Below, in pieces: positions 63,845 to 64,000 of a DNA stretch of 64,000 bases (positions are counted from its first letter, which is position 1; each line of letters opens with the position of its first letter). Source of the stretch: an uncultured Actinomycetota bacterium (GTDB lineage: Bacteria > Actinomycetota > Actinomycetes > Streptosporangiales > Streptosporangiaceae). The position numbers and the translations under genes are program-made. The notes under the pieces were generated by a model. The model did no database searches. It saw only the letters and a list, made by a program, of their open reading frames with translations, and was not told the DNA's origin. The stretch is from NCBI GenBank assembly GCA_963725175.1, contig CAVRXH010000006.1, forward strand, positions 5,939,580-6,003,579. Direction: 5' to 3'.

Positions 63845-64000
63845 AGTCGGCCTTGGACTCCTCGGCTACCTTGCCCGCCAGGTGGCTGGGCAGCGGCTCA
63901 TGGCGGAGGTAGGAGCGGCTGAACGAGCCTGTGCCGTGGGACATGGAGCGGAGGTCGATGGCATAGCGGGTGATCTCCAGCTCGGGGATCTCCGCCTTGA
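63845..64000 (-). CDS. Elongation factor G-like GTPase, C-terminal fragment (5' partial at the window edge)
   Basis: The minus-strand translation …YAIDLRSMSHGTGSFSRSYLRHEPLPSHLAGKVAEESKAD* resembles the EF-G C-terminus. Confidence 0.45.

Noticed and set aside
63315-63922. ORFs 63315-63545(-), 63542-63799(-) and 63575-63922(+) in the G/C-rich palindromic tract after the HIT gene.
   Set aside because: They consist of homopolymer-driven Pro/Gly/Arg repeats with no homology, in a region better explained as structured intergenic DNA.

Overview
This is a roughly 73% GC actinobacterial chromosomal segment, probably from a filamentous actinomycete: it carries an SsgB-like gene, thrS followed by a HIT gene, and tandem L,D-transpeptidase genes. 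Gene density is high on both strands. Most long ORFs in the six-frame track that lie antisense to real genes are wrong-frame artefacts of the high GC content, and I did not call them.

Gene content, left to right:
- a partial PIN-domain vapC gene at the window start
- a frameshifted S53 (sedolisin-type) secreted peptidase gene
- a five-gene liv-type ABC transporter locus (livG-livF-livH-livM-livK)
- a TetR-family regulator gene and bioY
- a translationally coupled operon of a hypothetical gene, an AMP-forming acyl-CoA ligase gene and a citrate-synthase/citryl-CoA-lyase-like gene
- a frameshifted secreted GH16 glycoside hydrolase with a CBM6/35 module
- an ArsR-like regulator gene and an MFS transporter gene
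- a CbiX chelatase gene with tandem repeats in its 5' coding region, an XRE regulator gene, and a gene for a hypothetical protein with a basic histone-like tail
- a 0.8 kb non-coding region holding a perfect 23-bp hairpin and a (GGGCA)n G-quadruplex microsatellite of about 24 units
- a block of small-molecule metabolism and transport genes (DUF664/DinB-like, HIBADH-like dehydrogenase, M19 and M20 peptidases, SDR, EamA, HemK-like methyltransferase, MFS, two VOC proteins, MarR, nitroreductase, a frameshifted SigJ-like ECF sigma factor)
- genes for flotillin and a short NfeD-like protein, then diaminopropionate ammonia-lyase, an APH-like kinase, GNAT and PadR
- a MacB-type ABC pair (FtsE-like ATPase and FtsX-like permease)
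- a SAM methyltransferase gene, an alpha/beta hydrolase gene and a gene for a secreted six-repeat beta-propeller protein
- a vapB gene with a truncated vapC abutting a tRNA-Val(GAC)/Cys/Gly cluster
- an aromatic/histidine ammonia-lyase gene and ssgB
- the cluster of most interest: tRNA-Val(CAC), vapBC, hen1, pnkp, then a convergent NYN nuclease gene
- a cupredoxin lipoprotein gene and two Tat-signal ferritin-like (DUF4439) paralogue genes
- an SRPBCC protein gene and an ArsR regulator gene
- two tandem L,D-transpeptidase paralogues, thrS, a HIT-family gene and the 3' end of an EF-G-like gene

The most interesting feature is a compact RNA damage/repair locus. A PIN toxin-antitoxin pair sits 5' of the Hen1/Pnkp tRNA-repair pair and a convergent NYN nuclease gene, immediately downstream of a tRNA-Val gene that carries a 14-bp tandem duplication of its 3' end. 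A second, decayed vapBC copy is fused into the 3' end of the other tRNA-Val.

Other notable points are a 55-bp palindromic element present in two copies in opposite orientation, and five apparent reading-frame disruptions in the 64 kb window (three internal frameshifts and two missing stop codons).
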